DNA of 64,000 nt from Bacilli bacterium (GCA_017411405.1 JAFQQE010000014.1:1067-65066); one strand, 5' to 3'. Positions 16,791-26,944 are shown, counted from the first letter of the stretch. Made by a program: numbers and translations. Notes: generated by a model from the sequence alone, not told the origin.

Positions 16791-19286
16791 ATGGAAGACG
16801 TAATAAAGAAAATTCATGAATATAGTTTAGAAGAGATAATGGAAGAACGTTTTGCAAGATATTCCAAATATATTATTCAAGATAGAGCAATACCTGATGT
16901 TAGAGATGGTTTAAAGCCTGTTCAAAGAAGAATAATTTATGCTATGTATAAAGATCATAATACACATGATAAACAATTTAAAAAATGTGCTAATGCAGTT
17001 GGTATAGTATTAGGTAAATATCATCCACATGGAGATTCATCAGTTTATGAAGCGATGGTACGTATGAGTCAAGATTGGAAACAAAATCACATATTAGTTG
17101 AAATAGATGGTAATAATGGTTCTATAGATGGAGATGGGCCAGCAGCATATCGTTATACAGAGACGAGACTTGCAAAAATAACTGAAGAATTATTAAGAGA
17201 TATAGATAAAAATACAGTTATGATGGCTCCTAACTATAGTGATACATTAATGGAACCAACTGTTTTACCAGCAAAATTCCCGAATCTTTTAGTAAATGGT
17301 ACAACAGGAATAAGTGCAGGTTATGCAACAAACATTCCTCCGCATAATTTAGGAGAAATAATAGATGCAACAATTTTAAGAATAGAAAAACCTAATAGTA
17401 CTCTTGAAGAAGTAATGGAAATAGTAAAAGGACCTGATTTTCCTACCGGTGGAATAGTACAAGGAATAGATGCGATTAAAGATGCGTTTTCTAAAGGTAG
17501 AGGAAAAGTTATTGTACAAAGTAAATGTGAATTTGTTAAAACAAAAGGAAAAGAACAAATAGTAGTATCTGAAATACCATTTGAAGTAAATAAACAATTA
17601 TTAGTAAAAAAGATCGATGATATTAGAATAGATAAGAAAATAGATGGAATCGCCGAAGTTAGAGATGAATCAGATAAAGATTCTAATATAAGAATTGTTA
17701 TAGATTTAAAAAGTGGAGCAGATAAAAATTTAGTATTAAACTATTTATTATTAAATACTGATTTACAAGCAAACTATAATTATAATATGGTAACTATAGT
17801 TAATCGTAGACCAAGACTGTTAGGAATAATACCAATATTAGATGCATATATAAATCATCAAAGAGAGGTTATAAAACTTAGAAGTGAATTCGATCTAGCT
17901 ACTGCTAAAAAAGAAATACATACATTAGAAGGATTAGTTAAAGCATTAAGTATATTGGATGAAGTTATTGCTTGTATTAGAAAAAGTAAAAACAAAACAG
18001 ATGCTAGAGATAATTTAGTTAGTGAGTTTTCATTTACTGTTGAACAAGCAACAGCAATATTGGATTTACAATTATATAGATTAACTAATTTTGATGTTAC
18101 TGTATTAGAAGAAAAACTTGAAAAATTAAGAAGCGCTATAGAATTATTAAATGAGATATTAAGCAATCCTAAAAAATTAGATAGTGTAATTAAAAAGGAA
18201 CTTAAAGATATTAAGAAAGAATATGCATTACCGCGTAAAACTGAAATTAAAAAAGAAGTAAAAGAAATTAAGATTGATGCTAGTGATTTAATTACTAAAG
18301 AAAATGTTATAGTAGTATTAACTCATGATGGATATTTAAAGAAGGTTAGTAAAAAGTCTTTTGCAAGTAGTGATGAAATCACTGGTTTAAAACCTGGAGA
18401 TTATGTTTTAAATCAATTTGATACAACTACTTTAAATAAATTAGTAATTATTACAAGTATGGGTAACTATTTATTCTTACCAATACACGAGATAATAAGT
18501 TGTAAATGGAAAGATTTAGGTAAACATATATCTAATTATGTAAGTATACATCCAGATGATAAAGTAATAAATTCATTTGTAATTACAGAAGGTAATAAAG
18601 AACAAGAAATAGTTTTATATTCGAAATTAGGTATGGTAAAAAGAACAAAATTGTCAGATTTTATAGTTGCTAGATTTTCAAAAACATATACATCAATGAA
18701 ATTAAAAGATAATGATGAAATAGTTTCTGCAGAAATATTGAAAGAAAAAAATATACTTGTAACTAAAACCGGATATTATTTAAATTATGATATTAATGAA
18801 ATTCCATTATGTAATGTAAAATCTGGTGGAGTAAAAGGAATAAACTTAAAAGATGATGAATTAGTAAGTGGTTTATGTTTTAACGATTTAGATGAATATA
18901 TAACTATATTTACTAATAAGAATACTGCTAAACGTATTAAATTAACAGAGTTAAATAGCCTTAGTAGAGCTAAACGTGGTAGTACATTAATCAAGAAAGT
19001 TAAATCAACTAATTATGAAATATTAAATGCTTTTATAACAAATAAAAATGATTTAATAGGACTAGTTAGTGATGAAATAACAACTATAAAAAATACTGAT
19101 ATTCCTATAATGGATGAAGTAAGTACTGGTAGTTCTATTAGTAAAGAACAAATAAAAAGTGTATTTAAAGCTGATGGTTTAATACTAATTAATGAAGACG
19201 AGATTGAATTACCTAAAATTAAAGAAGAAACTACTGAAGTAAAAGAAATGACAATAGATGATTTTATAAATGATTTTAAATTATAA
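16791..19286 (+). CDS. parC: DNA topoisomerase IV subunit A
   Basis: RFARYSKYIIQDRAIPDVRDGLKPVQRRI, HPHGDSSVYEAMVRMSQDWK and the catalytic RYTE. The N-terminus and QDWK are ParC-type rather than GyrA-type; C-terminal beta-pinwheel repeats. Confidence 0.92.
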   Translation: MEDVIKKIHEYSLEEIMEERFARYSKYIIQDRAIPDVRDGLKPVQRRIIYAMYKDHNTHDKQFKKCANAVGIVLGKYHPHGDSSVYEAMVRMSQDWKQNHILVEIDGNNGSIDGDGPAAYRYTETRLAKITEELLRDIDKNTVMMAPNYSDTLMEPTVLPAKFPNLLVNGTTGISAGYATNIPPHNLGEIIDATILRIEKPNSTLEEVMEIVKGPDFPTGGIVQGIDAIKDAFSKGRGKVIVQSKCEFVKTKGKEQIVVSEIPFEVNKQLLVKKIDDIRIDKKIDGIAEVRDESDKDSNIRIVIDLKSGADKNLVLNYLLLNTDLQANYNYNMVTIVNRRPRLLGIIPILDAYINHQREVIKLRSEFDLATAKKEIHTLEGLVKALSILDEVIACIRKSKNKTDARDNLVSEFSFTVEQATAILDLQLYRLTNFDVTVLEEKLEKLRSAIELLNEILSNPKKLDSVIKKELKDIKKEYALPRKTEIKKEVKEIKIDASDLITKENVIVVLTHDGYLKKVSKKSFASSDEITGLKPGDYVLNQFDTTTLNKLVIITSMGNYLFLPIHEIISCKWKDLGKHISNYVSIHPDDKVINSFVITEGNKEQEIVLYSKLGMVKRTKLSDFIVARFSKTYTSMKLKDNDEIVSAEILKEKNILVTKTGYYLNYDINEIPLCNVKSGGVKGINLKDDELVSGLCFNDLDEYITIFTNKNTAKRIKLTELNSLSRAKRGSTLIKKVKSTNYEILNAFITNKNDLIGLVSDEITTIKNTDIPIMDEVSTGSSISKEQIKSVFKADGLILINEDEIELPKIKEETTEVKEMTIDDFINDFKL

Positions 19287-19322
19287 AACATTTATTGTTT
19301 TTTAATAGTCAACAAAAAAAGG

Positions 19323-19351
19323 TTGACATAATATATTTATACTGATATAAT
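19323..19351 (+). promoter_or_regulatory. Consensus SigA promoter of rpsP
   Basis: TTGACA, 17 nt, TATAAT preceded by TGn; AAGGAGG RBS downstream. Confidence 0.88.
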
Positions 19352-19380
19352 AATTTCAGTTATGTGAAGGAGGATTAAAT

Positions 19381-19644
19381 ATGGCTGTTAAAATAAGATT
19401 AAAAAGAATGGGATCTAAGCAAAAACCTTTCTATAGAATAGTTGCTGCTGATTCAAGAAGTCCAAGAGATGGTAGATTTATTGAAACTATCGGAACTTAT
19501 AATCCAATTGTAAAAGAAAATAATGTTACAGTTGATGAAGAAAAAGTTGCTAAATGGATTAAAAATGGTGCTCAACCAACTGATACTGTTAAAAGTTTAT
19601 TAAGTAAAAATGGTATTTGGTCTAAAATTAAAAACAATAAATAA
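19381..19644 (+). CDS. rpsP: 30S ribosomal protein S16
   Basis: [42 protein letters not shown]. Confidence 0.98.
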   Translation: MAVKIRLKRMGSKQKPFYRIVAADSRSPRDGRFIETIGTYNPIVKENNVTVDEEKVAKWIKNGAQPTDTVKSLLSKNGIWSKIKNNK

Positions 19645-19656
19645 GAGGTAAATAAA

Positions 19657-19908
19657 GTGGTAGAAGATGTAAAAAAATTTACTGAAGAATTAATTAAAAG
19701 TCTAGTAAGCGAACCTGATTTAGTTAAAGTACAAGATTTTCAAGATGAAGAAGAAAATCCAATTATAGAAATTATGGTAAGTGAATCTGATATGGGAAGA
19801 GTAATTGGAAAAAGTGGAAAGATAGCAAAAGCTGTTAGAACACTAATTCAAGCTGCTGCTTTTAATAAAGGTATAAAAAGAGTTAAGATAAATATTGATT
19901 CATTTTAA
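19657..19908 (+). CDS. khpA: KH-domain RNA-binding protein
   Basis: DMGRVIGKSGKIAKAVRTLI (GxxG motif); conserved position after rpsP. Confidence 0.92.
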   Translation: MVEDVKKFTEELIKSLVSEPDLVKVQDFQDEEENPIIEIMVSESDMGRVIGKSGKIAKAVRTLIQAAAFNKGIKRVKINIDSF

Positions 19909-19933
19909 TTCTTTTTTTGTATAAGGAGGATAT

Positions 19934-20857
19934 ATGGAAAAAGATATAGAATTTTTAAAAAAAATAATGAACATAAAACTTGATAAAATGATAAGCGATG
20001 AAAATTTTTTCAATTGGTTATATCCATTTACTACTGAAAATATAAGGGATTATTATAATATTTTAGATTTTAATGATAAAGAAGTATTAACTGTTATCGG
20101 AAGTGGAGATCATATTATAAATGCATTTTTAAAAGGGGCTAAGCATGTTGAAGGATTTGATAAGAATCCTTTAGCTAAATATTATTCAGAATTAAAAATT
20201 GCTGGTGTAAAAAGTTTATCGCGTGAAGAATTTATTTTATTTTTTTATAAATATTCACTATTTAAGAACAAAAAACATTACTTAAATAAAGATATATATT
20301 TTAATAAAATAAGAAATGATTTATCTATAGAATATAGAAAATTTTGGGATTATTTTTTTACTAACTATACGCATAAAGAAATATATAAATCTTATCTTTT
20401 TACAACAGATGTTTTAAATATAAAAACATTGATTCAAATAAATGATTATTTAAACGAAAATAATTATTATAAAGCAAAAGAAATATTAAAAGATAAATCT
20501 ATAGTTTATCACGACTTAGATTTAGCTGAATTAGATAAGTTAGATAAAAACTATGATATTATAATTTTATCTAATATTCCAGCATACCTTGATACTATAT
20601 ATGATTCGGATAAATTAAAACAATTTAGAAATTTAATAGAAAAATTAAATAAAAATGCTAATACAAAAATTGTAGTTAGTTATTTATATAACAATTTGAT
20701 AAATGATGAAAAATTGCCTGATGATATATATAACAAGATGGAAGTTAGAAAGTATTTTAATGAAAAAGAATTTGATTATATATCAATTAATAGCACTGAT
20801 AGCTTTGAATATAGGAATAATACAAAGGATAGTGTAATAATAACAAACAAAAAATAG
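19934..20857 (+). CDS. DUF3419/BtaA-like SAM-dependent transferase
   Basis: YPFTTENI, VLTVIGSGDHIINA, GFDKNPLAKYYSELK and IILSNI motifs match the DUF3419 Rossmann pattern as I recall it. Confidence 0.6.
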   Translation: MEKDIEFLKKIMNIKLDKMISDENFFNWLYPFTTENIRDYYNILDFNDKEVLTVIGSGDHIINAFLKGAKHVEGFDKNPLAKYYSELKIAGVKSLSREEFILFFYKYSLFKNKKHYLNKDIYFNKIRNDLSIEYRKFWDYFFTNYTHKEIYKSYLFTTDVLNIKTLIQINDYLNENNYYKAKEILKDKSIVYHDLDLAELDKLDKNYDIIILSNIPAYLDTIYDSDKLKQFRNLIEKLNKNANTKIVVSYLYNNLINDEKLPDDIYNKMEVRKYFNEKEFDYISINSTDSFEYRNNTKDSVIITNKK

Positions 20858-20876
20858 GACGTGATATCCTATTTTT
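20850..20876. terminator. Bidirectional terminator between convergent genes
   Basis: AAAAATAGGA-cgtgata-TCCTATTTTT; both stop codons lie in the stem. Confidence 0.78.
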
Positions 20877-21750
20877 CTTTATATATTTCTTCTTTTAATA
20901 ATTCTATATTATCTCTCATTAAAGTTGCATAATTTTCATTTTTTTCTCTTTCTTCGCTAGTCAAAACTGTTAATGTATGAAGTGATTTAATTTCTGCTCC
21001 AGCTTTTTTAACCTCATTAATAGCATCATTATAATTTTCATTGTTGGCTTCTAAATCTGTTACATATATAAATTTGTTATTTTTTTCTTTAATCAAATTT
21101 TTTGCTCTATTAATAGTATCATTATTTAATTCATCTGTTTCTTCTAAACTAATAACTTCAAAACCATAATTTTCTAAAAATTTAAAATAATCTTTTGAAA
21201 CTATAATAGTTGTATATGTTCCATTATTACCCAGTGTCTTTAAAGTTGTTTCAAATTCAGATAATTGTACTTTTAATGAATTATAATTTTCATCTATAGT
21301 TTCTTTAGTTATCTTACTTTCTATATATTGTTTTAAACCATTTTTAACATTTTGAGCTAACATTAAATAATTAGTAGGATTTAACCATAATTCATGATAA
21401 GAATTCTTTATAGCAAGTCCTTCACTAACATCTATAATTTTTAATCTACTATTTCTATTAACAAAACTAGCAGCAATTTTCTTTTCATCAGTTAATCCAT
21501 TATATACAAATAAGTCTCCTTTAGAATATTTCTTTATTTTATTATTAGATAAAGTATATTCATTAATATCAACTCCATTAGGATATATACTTTTAACTTT
21601 AGAATTATATCCATATAATTCTGAAACTAAATATTCTATTGGATATGTAGTTGTATAAATATCTGCATTATCTAATTCTTCAGTTTTAAAACAACCTGAT
21701 AAAATAAATAAAAAACTTGTTACAATAAACAATCTTAATAATCTTTTCAT
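20869..21750 (-). CDS. ZnuA/AdcA-fold solute-binding lipoprotein with altered metal ligands
   Basis: Lipobox LSGC after MKRLLRLFIVTSFLFI; TTTYPIEYLV, IYPNG, LFVYNG, LWLNP and IVSKDYF align to cluster A-I SBPs. ATG 21750 has a GAGG RBS. Confidence 0.78.
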   Translation of the reverse strand: MKRLLRLFIVTSFLFILSGCFKTEELDNADIYTTTYPIEYLVSELYGYNSKVKSIYPNGVDINEYTLSNNKIKKYSKGDLFVYNGLTDEKKIAASFVNRNSRLKIIDVSEGLAIKNSYHELWLNPTNYLMLAQNVKNGLKQYIESKITKETIDENYNSLKVQLSEFETTLKTLGNNGTYTTIIVSKDYFKFLENYGFEVISLEETDELNNDTINRAKNLIKEKNNKFIYVTDLEANNENYNDAINEVKKAGAEIKSLHTLTVLTSEEREKNENYATLMRDNIELLKEEIYKEK

Positions 21751-21757
21751 AATAACC

Positions 21758-21958
21758 TCACAAATCATAGCCACTTTTACCAAAAGGGTGGCATTTTAAT
21801 ATTCTTTTTATACCTAAATAACAACCCTTAATGAAACCAAATTCATTTATTTTAATTTTAGCGTATTCACTACAAGTTGGAACAAACCTACACATTGTAT
21901 GTGAATGTAAAGGAGTTATTTGGTATAAATTAATTAAAAATATACTAATTTTTTTCAT
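21758..21958 (-). CDS. yidD: Membrane protein insertion efficiency factor
   Basis: LYQ...[11 protein letters not shown]....[26 protein letters not shown]. Confidence 0.88.
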   Translation of the reverse strand: MKKISIFLINLYQITPLHSHTMCRFVPTCSEYAKIKINEFGFIKGCYLGIKRILKCHPFGKSGYDL

Positions 21959-22139
21959 AACTATCACATATATTTTACTATATTTTATTAAATATGTAAA
22001 ACTAAATTTTATTATATAACTTTAATATATAATAAAAGTCATGTAAATATATGTAATTTGTGATAAGAAAAATACTAATTAGTTGATTTATTTTAATAAT
22101 TGTGTTAACATAATTCTACTTTTATTTAGGAGTGATTAG

Positions 22140-22646
22140 ATGAAACCAATTTATGAATGTGAATTAAAAGTATTAAAAGATTATTTAAGAAAAGATGGTT
22201 GTAAAAATAAAGAATTTTATACCTTAAGAGATGATTATGATACATTTACTTTTGGAAGTAGAGCGTATTTTGATGCAGTAAAAGAAGAACCAGATTTAGA
22301 TTATTTTACATTTAATAAAAGAGAAAAAATAGACTTTAATAAGATTTATGTTACTAAAACTATTTTACCATACATAGTAAGAGAAATAATTACAGGAAAA
22401 TTATTTTATTTACATGATGATGACAATACTGTATATGAAATAAACGAATTTAATCCAATTAAACCAGTTATTGTACCAAACTTAACTTTAAAGAAAATTA
22501 ATAGTGATAAAAAAGCATTAGAAAAATTTGGCGCATATGTAGAAAAAGCAAATTTTATTAAAGATTTAATAACTGAAATAAGTAACTATGAAAAAGATTT
22601 TTACGATCTAAAAGAGAATAATAAAAAAACTAAAAAAAGAGGATAG
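22140..22646 (+). CDS. Hypothetical protein (paralog of the next gene)
   Basis: AGGAG RBS; shares TKTI-P--V/Y-EIITGK-F and IKP-I blocks with 22648..23268. Confidence 0.7.
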   Translation: MKPIYECELKVLKDYLRKDGCKNKEFYTLRDDYDTFTFGSRAYFDAVKEEPDLDYFTFNKREKIDFNKIYVTKTILPYIVREIITGKLFYLHDDDNTVYEINEFNPIKPVIVPNLTLKKINSDKKALEKFGAYVEKANFIKDLITEISNYEKDFYDLKENNKKTKKRG

Positions 22647-22647
22647 T

Positions 22648-23268
22648 ATGAAAAATATTTATATAGGTGAATTATTAAATGTAAAAAAAGAATTTTTAAA
22701 TAAAAACTTTAGAGGAATAAAAAAATGTTCTGTTGAAGATTATGAACTAAAGAATTTTAAAGATTCTGTATTTAAAGAATTAAGTAAAAAAGGTTATTCT
22801 TATGAAGAAATAATAAAGAATAATAAAATTTTATTAGATAAATTATTTTTTACTAAAACTATTATACCTGGTGTATATAAAGAAATAATAACTGGTAAAA
22901 AGTTTAGTATTCCATATTTACATGAAAATAATTATTATTTTATAACAAATACTTATGATATTAAACCAATAATATTAAAGTCTAAATCTATAAAAAATAT
23001 TACATCAACTGATAATGATTTAAAAACATTATCAGAATATAAGGTTTCTTTAGAAGCATATATAAATAATAAAGATATAATTATGAAAGTTATAGATGAT
23101 ATAACAGAATATGAAAATAATGTACATAATATTTATAATAAAAAAATAAATGATTTTTTAGAATCAGTAAAAATTAGAATAAATAAAAATATTAATTTAC
23201 GTGAGGTAGAATATAAAAGGAGAAAGATTCTTTCTAAGAGTATAAAAGATATGGCAAAAAACAAGTAG
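22648..23268 (+). CDS. Hypothetical protein (paralog of the previous gene)
   Basis: GAGG RBS, 1-bp gap to the upstream stop; shared TKTIIPGVYKEIITGKKF block. Confidence 0.7.
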   Translation: MKNIYIGELLNVKKEFLNKNFRGIKKCSVEDYELKNFKDSVFKELSKKGYSYEEIIKNNKILLDKLFFTKTIIPGVYKEIITGKKFSIPYLHENNYYFITNTYDIKPIILKSKSIKNITSTDNDLKTLSEYKVSLEAYINNKDIIMKVIDDITEYENNVHNIYNKKINDFLESVKIRINKNINLREVEYKRRKILSKSIKDMAKNK

Positions 23269-23337
23269 ACCCAAGTGTTTACTTGTTTTTACTTGTTTAG
23301 TATTCAAATATTTGATAAAATGAATAGGGTGGAACAT

Positions 23338-23985
23338 ATGAAATTTTTAAGTGATTTAGGAATAGAAATAAAAAACAAAGAATTATTAAGAGTTTCTCTA
23401 ACACATTCTAGTTATACAAATGAATTTGGCGGAGAAAATTATGAAAGATTAGAGTTTTTAGGAGATTCAGTTTTGCAACTTATAATGAGTGAATATTTCT
23501 TTACTAATACTGAGTATAGTGAAGGAGATATGAGCAAGATTAGAGCAAGTTATGTTTGTGAAAATGCATTATATGAATATTCTAAAAAGATTAATCTTAT
23601 AGGTGCAATTAGAGTTGGTAATAGCTTAGTTGGAAGTGTAAACGAAACTATAGTAGCAGATATATTTGAAGCAGTCTTAGCAGTAATATACTTGGATAAA
23701 GGATATGATGTAGCTAAAAAATACGTTTTAGATATAGTTTTACCATATATTAATACTAATCATGTATTTTTAAGTGATTATAAATCACATCTACAAGAAA
23801 TGGTACAAACAGAAAAAAAATCATTAGAGTATGTTTTAATAGAAGAAACAGGACCTGCTCATGATAAAAGATTTAAAGTTAATGTATTAGTAGACGATAT
23901 AGTATTTGGAACAGGAATAGGAAAAAGTAAAAAAGAAGCAGAACAAAGAGCTGCTAAAAATGCAATAGAAAAAGTAGCAAGGTGA
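23338..23985 (+). CDS. rnc: Ribonuclease III
   Basis: Signature NYERLEFLGDSVL, ADIFEAVL and a C-terminal dsRBD (DYKSHLQE...GPAHDKRF...GKSKKEAEQRAA). Confidence 0.97.
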   Translation: MKFLSDLGIEIKNKELLRVSLTHSSYTNEFGGENYERLEFLGDSVLQLIMSEYFFTNTEYSEGDMSKIRASYVCENALYEYSKKINLIGAIRVGNSLVGSVNETIVADIFEAVLAVIYLDKGYDVAKKYVLDIVLPYINTNHVFLSDYKSHLQEMVQTEKKSLEYVLIEETGPAHDKRFKVNVLVDDIVFGTGIGKSKKEAEQRAAKNAIEKVAR

Positions 23986-23990
23986 ATTAA

Positions 23991-26936
23991 ATGAAGTTAA
24001 TAAGTATTAAAGCACATGGATTCAAGTCTTTTGCTGATAAAATAGAAATAAATATAAAAGATGGAATAACTGGTATAGTTGGTCCAAATGGTTCTGGTAA
24101 ATCTAATATAGTAGATGCTGTAAAGTGGGTATTAGGTGAACAATCAATTAAAAATTTAAGAGGTAGCCAAAACATGTCAGATGTAATATTCCAAGGAAGT
24201 AACTCAAGAAAACCTATGAGTCGTGCTTGGGTTAGTTTGACATTTGATAATAATGATCACTATTTAAAAAGTGAATTTGATACAGTAGAAATAAAAAGAG
24301 TAGTATATTCTACTGGCGAGAACGAGTATTTCATAAATAATGCTAAAGTACGCTTAAAAGACATAATAGAATTATTTATGGATACAGGATCAAGTACAAA
24401 TTCATTTAGTATTATTAGTCAAGGTAAAATAAGTGAAATATTAAGTGGTAAACCATTAGATAGAAGAACAATAATAGAAGAAGCAGCAGGAGTACTAAAA
24501 TATAAAAAGCATAAAGAAGAAACATTAAGAAAAATAGAAAAAGCAAACGACAACATAGATAAAATAGACTTAGTTATAAAAGAATTAGAAAATAGCTTAG
24601 AACCATTAAAACAACAAAGAGATGACGCAATAAAATATAAAAAATTAAAAAGTGAAAACGACGAACTAGATATAGTGTTAACTGCAATTGATATAAAGGC
24701 GAGCGAACAAGAATTAAATAAATTAAAACAAGTAGTAAAAGAATTACAAGAAGAAATAAATAGAATAGATAATACCTCTATAAAAGACACATCAAAATTA
24801 GAAAGACTTAAACTAACTAATACTAACTTAGATACAAAAATAAATGAATTAAATGAAGAACTAATTAATTTAAATAAAGAAATAAGTGAAACAGAAGCAG
24901 AAAAACAAATATCTTTAGAAAGAAAAAAATATAAAGTAGATGATATTAAATTACAAGATAATATAGTTCATTTAAAGGAAAAAGAATTAAGTATTAATAA
25001 AGATATAGATGTACTAAATAATACTATAAGTGAATTAAAAATAGATTTAGAAAACATAACTGATAAAATAAATAAAAATAATATAGAATATAAAAAAGTA
25101 ATAGAAGAAAAGAATAATATACTAGATAATTTAAATAAGAAAAATTTAAATATAGTAAAATTAAAAAATAAAATAACAATACTAGAAAATAATCTAAGTA
25201 ATGATACATCTATACCTAGTAGTGTTAAAAATATACTAAATAGTAAAAGTTTAAAAGGAATACATAATATAGTAGGCAAAGTTATTGATTCTGATATAAA
25301 ATATAAAGATTCTTTAAATGTAGCATTAGGATATAATGCTAACGTAATTATTATAGATAATGAAGAATGTAGTAAAAAAGCAATAGAGTATTTAAAAACA
25401 AATAAACTAGGAAGATGTACATTCTTTCCATTAAATATAATAAAAGAAAAAAAAGTAGATAATAATACTTTAGATATATGTAATAAACATAATGGATTTA
25501 TTAATACATTAGATAAATTAGTTACATATGATGAAATATATACTAATATTATAAAAAATATATTAGGTAATGTATTAGTAGTAGATAATATAGATAGTAT
25601 GAATAAGTTAGGTAAATCTATTAATTATTCATATAGAATAGTAACTTTAGACGGAGAAATACTACATACAGGTGGATCATTAACAGGAGGTTCACTAAAT
25701 AAAAATAACAATACACTATTAGATAAATTTGAATTAGAAAGTAGTAAAAATGAATTAAATACTATATTAAATGAAGAAAAAACATTAGAAGAAAAATTAA
25801 ATAAAATAGAAGAGAAAATATTAGAATTTAATAATATTAGAAATGATATAACAAATAAATATAATGAAACTAATAGTTTATTAAATATTAAAAATAATAA
25901 TTTAAATGATTTAATAAATACTAAAAACAATATAGAAAGTGAAATAAAAGGTAATAATAACTTACTTAATAATGCAATTGATGAATCATTAGATAATTTA
26001 TTAAATAAATATTATAAATTAACTAGTGATAAAGAAATATTACTTTCTAATATTAGTAAATTAAAAAGTGAAAAGAATGATTGTTTAAGTGAAATCAATG
26101 AAATAGAATTATCTAATAAAAAGATTAATACTAATTATAATAAATTAGTTATAGAACTTAAAAATAATGAATTAGAATTAAATAAATATGAATTAAAGAT
26201 GGATAACTTACTAATTAAGTTAAATGAAGAATACAGTATGACTTATGAATATGTTATTAAAAACTATGATTTATCTATAGATGAAAAAAGTTCGTTAAGT
26301 CGATTAAATACTATAAAAAGAGAACTAAGTTTACTTAATAATGTTAATCTAGGTAGTATAGATGAATATGAAAGAATAAATGAAAGATTTGAATTCTTAA
26401 CAAGTCAAAAATTAGATATAGTTAATTCTATAAATAACTTGATGGAAGTTATAACAGATTTAGATAATACTATGATAGAAAAATTTAAAGATACATTTGA
26501 TAAAGTAAATATAGAATTTAATAAAGTATTTAAAAAATTATTTAAAGGTGGAGTTGGTGAACTAAAATTAACCGAACCTGAAGATTTATTAAATACAGGA
26601 ATAGATATAACAGCATGTCCTCCAGGAAAAACTCTAAAGAGTATAAATTTACTATCTGGTGGAGAAAAGACTCTAACAGCAATAGCATTGCTATTTGCAA
26701 TACTAAATATAAGATATGTACCATTCTGTATACTAGATGAAGTAGAAGCAGCATTAGATGAAGCTAATGTTGATATGTTTGGTAACTATATAAGTGATTA
26801 TAAAGATAAAACCGAATTTATTATAATTACTCATAAAAAACGTACTATGGAATATGCTAATACTTTATATGGAATAACAATGCAAGAAAGTGGAGTATCT
26901 AAACTAGTTAGTGTAAAGTTGGATGATATAAAATAA
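23991..26936 (+). CDS. smc: Chromosome segregation protein SMC (short, 981 aa)
   Basis: HGFKSFAD, GPNGSGKSN, hinge GRCTFFPL and GGSLTGG, LSGGEKTLTAIALLF, LDEVEAALD, IIITH. Confidence 0.96.
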   Translation: MKLISIKAHGFKSFADKIEINIKDGITGIVGPNGSGKSNIVDAVKWVLGEQSIKNLRGSQNMSDVIFQGSNSRKPMSRAWVSLTFDNNDHYLKSEFDTVEIKRVVYSTGENEYFINNAKVRLKDIIELFMDTGSSTNSFSIISQGKISEILSGKPLDRRTIIEEAAGVLKYKKHKEETLRKIEKANDNIDKIDLVIKELENSLEPLKQQRDDAIKYKKLKSENDELDIVLTAIDIKASEQELNKLKQVVKELQEEINRIDNTSIKDTSKLERLKLTNTNLDTKINELNEELINLNKEISETEAEKQISLERKKYKVDDIKLQDNIVHLKEKELSINKDIDVLNNTISELKIDLENITDKINKNNIEYKKVIEEKNNILDNLNKKNLNIVKLKNKITILENNLSNDTSIPSSVKNILNSKSLKGIHNIVGKVIDSDIKYKDSLNVALGYNANVIIIDNEECSKKAIEYLKTNKLGRCTFFPLNIIKEKKVDNNTLDICNKHNGFINTLDKLVTYDEIYTNIIKNILGNVLVVDNIDSMNKLGKSINYSYRIVTLDGEILHTGGSLTGGSLNKNNNTLLDKFELESSKNELNTILNEEKTLEEKLNKIEEKILEFNNIRNDITNKYNETNSLLNIKNNNLNDLINTKNNIESEIKGNNNLLNNAIDESLDNLLNKYYKLTSDKEILLSNISKLKSEKNDCLSEINEIELSNKKINTNYNKLVIELKNNELELNKYELKMDNLLIKLNEEYSMTYEYVIKNYDLSIDEKSSLSRLNTIKRELSLLNNVNLGSIDEYERINERFEFLTSQKLDIVNSINNLMEVITDLDNTMIEKFKDTFDKVNIEFNKVFKKLFKGGVGELKLTEPEDLLNTGIDITACPPGKTLKSINLLSGGEKTLTAIALLFAILNIRYVPFCILDEVEAALDEANVDMFGNYISDYKDKTEFIIITHKKRTMEYANTLYGITMQESGVSKLVSVKLDDIK

Positions 26937-26944
26937 AAATTACT

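Noticed and set aside
19280-19312. Minus-strand promoter antisense to parC (TTGACT ... TATAAT)
   Set aside because: The spacer is 21 nt, too long for SigA.
21831-22019. 62-aa plus-strand ORF
   Set aside because: Antisense to yidD, which has a clear family signature.
22087-22130. dif-like site (TTATGTTAAC on the minus strand)
   Set aside because: Only a XerD-like half-site; the other arm and spacer do not match E. coli or Bacillus dif.
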